A DNA stretch of 63,220 bases, the filler included, from Octopus bimaculoides (lineage: Eukaryota): the NCBI RefSeq assembly GCF_001194135.2. It is 6 parts of 5 records of this genome, joined end to end, with 100 filler letters (N's around TTAATTAATTAA, not from the genome) between each part and the next. Parts side by side here need not be neighbours in the genome. Positions count along the whole stretch, not along the records: positions 60,671 to 63,220 come from NW_026387767.1; 5 more parts are not named here. One strand, given 5' to 3'. This document shows, piece by piece, positions 61,104 through 63,220 of the stretch. Both the position numbers and the translations under genes were made by a program. The notes beneath the pieces are model-generated. The model did no database searches. It had not been told where the DNA came from and saw only the letters and a list, made by a program, of their open reading frames with translations. The number at the start of each line of letters is the position of its first letter. The first letter of the stretch is position 1.

Positions 61104-62749
61104 TTTCGCAAAAAGAAATTTCTAGAAAAAGTGAAAAAAATGAAGAAAGGTTAGGTTTACGTCCCTCAAGAATTACCGGATATTTCTGGCCGGCCATCCT
61201 CAAAAAATCCGGAAATACCAGATCCCTGGCTGATTGGGTCCACAGGGTCAAAACCGCTTTTGCCCCAACCCAATCAGCTGTAGGTAAANNNNNNNNNNNN
61301 NNNNNNNNNNNNNNNNNNNNNNNNNNNNNNNNNNNNNNNNNNNNNNNNNNNNNNNNNNNNNNNNNNNNNNNNNNNNNNNNNNNNNNNNNNNNNNNNNNNN
61401 NNNNNNNNNNNNNNNNNNNNNNNNNNNNNNNNNNNNNNNNNNNNNNNNNNNNNNNNNNNNNNNNNNNNNNNNNNNNNNNNNNNNNNNNNNNNNNNNNNNN
61501 NNNNNNNNNNNNNNNNNNNNNNNNNNNNNNNNNNNNNNNNNNNNNNNNNNNNNNNNNNNNNNNNNNNNNNNNNNNNNNNNNNNNNNNNNNNNNNNNNNNN
61601 NNNNNNNNNNNNNNNNNNNNNNNNNNNNNNNNNNNNNNNNNNNNNNNNNNNNNNNNNNNNNNNNNNNNNNNNNNNNNNNNNNNNNNNNNNNNNNNNNNNN
61701 NNNNNNNNNNNNNNNNNNNNNNNNNNNNNNNNNNNNNNNNNNNNNNNNNNNNNNNNNNNNNNNNNNNNNNNNNNNNNNNNNNNNNNNNNNNNNNNNNNNN
61801 NNNNNNNNNNNNNNNNNNNNNNNNNNNNNNNNNNNNNNNNNNNNNNNNNNNNNNNNNNNNNNNNNNNNNNNNNNNNNNNNNNNNNNNNNNNNNNNNNNNN
61901 NNNNNNNNNNNNNNNNNNNNNNNNNNNNNNNNNNNNNNNNNNNNNNNNNNNNNNNNNNNNNNNNNNNNNNNNNNNNNNNNNNNNNNNNNNNNNNNNNNNN
62001 NNNNNNNNNNNNNNNNNNNNNNNNNNNNNNNNNNNNNNNNNNNNNNNNNNNNNNNNNNNNNNNNNNNNNNNNNNNNNNNNNNNNNNNNNNNNNNNNNNNN
62101 NNNNNNNNNNNNNNGTAGTTCAAAGCAAGAGGAAGACTTTTCTTTAAATTTATTAGCTTTCAAAACTTGGTTTGAAAACAATAAATTCCTTTTCTTTTTT
62201 AAACAAAGTTCACAATATTCATTTGTAGTTCTCAATTCACGGCTTGAAAATAACAAACCTTTACAAACTAAGTTCACAATTTTTGGAGGAGTGATACCTC
62301 CAAAACACTCTTCTCACCGCTAAGTGAGACATTAAGCACAACCACAGGCAGACAAATGCGTGGAATTCAGTGGAGATTTCTTGTTCGACATAAATATAAA
62401 TAAATACGAGCAACAAACCCCCACTAAATCCCAAAAAACACAAAAGTCTTACCTGTAGTTGTACGTAAAAAATTCACGATGCTGGCATTCAGCGATGTGA
62501 AGCCGGAGCAACAATAAACACGTCCTTTCGATAAGCAAGCTACTTACCACACAACCACTCCTGCAATAATGATTCTGAAAAAAAATTTGTAAAAAAAATT
62601 ACCCCAACCCCTCCCGATTCTATGGCCTTGGCCTTCAAGCAGGCTATCCATGTGCTAGTAATAACAGCCAAATCTCACAAAACTGCGATAACATAATGAA
62701 AGAAATTTGGGTAGCGTTTCACCTGGGCTCAAAAATTTAAAAAAATTAG

Positions 62750-63090
62750 TCTAATACGTGTAAAACAACTTGCTGGGAATGAACATGAAGAAAAAAATGT
62801 GCGCTCGCGAACGGGGGGTGGGGTGAGGGTGGAGAGGGCTCGGAACATTCACATCGCGAATGTTCCGAGACGCCTCACCGGAAAAATAGTGTAATAGATG
62901 TAAAACGACTTGCTCTGAACAAATATGAAAAAAAAAATGCGCTCTAGCAAAAGGCAGGGTGGGGAGGGGACTCAGAACATTCACATCGTCACACATCATC
63001 AGTCCATGGCCTTTAAACTATAGTGTTTGAGCTGAGCTCAAAAACAAAAAATAATTAGTGTAATAGGTGTAAAACAACTTGCTGTGAATA
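62750..63090. repeat. Imperfect tandem repeat (two ~140-bp units plus a partial third) with a G-rich tract and a 12-bp hairpin
   Basis: tgtaaaac(a/g)acttgct recurs at ~62759, 62899 and 63069; ctc(g/a)gaacattcacatcg recurs at 62839 and 62971. Confidence 0.8.
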
Positions 63091-63114
63091 TGTGTGTGCG
63101 TGTGTGTGTGTATA

Positions 63115-63220
63115 CAGTGGGGGGGAAATGAATATTCGTACATGTCAAAATTCTTTATTTATATAATTTTTAATGAACATCAATGGGATATACCAATACT
63201 ATATTTGCATACACATGCAT
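63115..63220. mobile_element. Start of a Tc1-like element (TIR)
   Basis: TA|CAGTGGGGGGAAATGAATATT at the end of a (TG)n tract. Confidence 0.5.

Noticed and set aside
61105-62740. Odd, homopolymer-smeared sequence on both sides of the last large gap, checked for the missing upstream HEX exon
   Set aside because: No WQEVF-like motif in any frame; the texture suggests low-quality read ends, so nothing here can be trusted.

Overview
AT-rich, gap-ridden animal genomic scaffold. The SINE/RTE repeat landscape and dense microsatellites suggest a coleoid cephalopod (octopus-type; inference). Two host genes can be supported, both on the minus strand. (1) The last four exons of a GH20 beta-hexosaminidase (HEXA/HEXB-like; 58471-58276, 57192-57102, 51465-51361, 49632-49482), with consistent GT-AG sites and phases and an unusual hydrophobic C-terminal extension resembling a GPI/TM anchor. 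(2) One coding exon of a DGAT2/MOGAT-family acyltransferase (22295-21806) whose family-invariant HPHG motif has been overwritten in frame by a perfect 26-bp tandem duplication; its remaining exons were not found. The rest is mobile DNA: a 5'-truncated Penelope-like element with an open RT-thumb/GIY-YIG frame and a candidate minimal hammerhead ribozyme, two Dong/R4 fragments at (TAA)n tracts, a decayed Gypsy element (LTR, tRNA-Ser PBS, gag), a mariner relic, many RTE LINE pieces, several tRNA-derived SINE families, and Tc1- and piggyBac-type MITEs. Other features are a near-perfect 95-bp-arm hairpin in the acyltransferase intron and a ~27-kb CpG-depleted domain (about 20.4-47.9 kb). Five 100-bp gaps contain a TTAATTAATTAA linker and are assembly artefacts. 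Most long ORFs in the track are microsatellite or N-run artefacts. Repeat boundaries were read by eye and are approximate unless stated otherwise.
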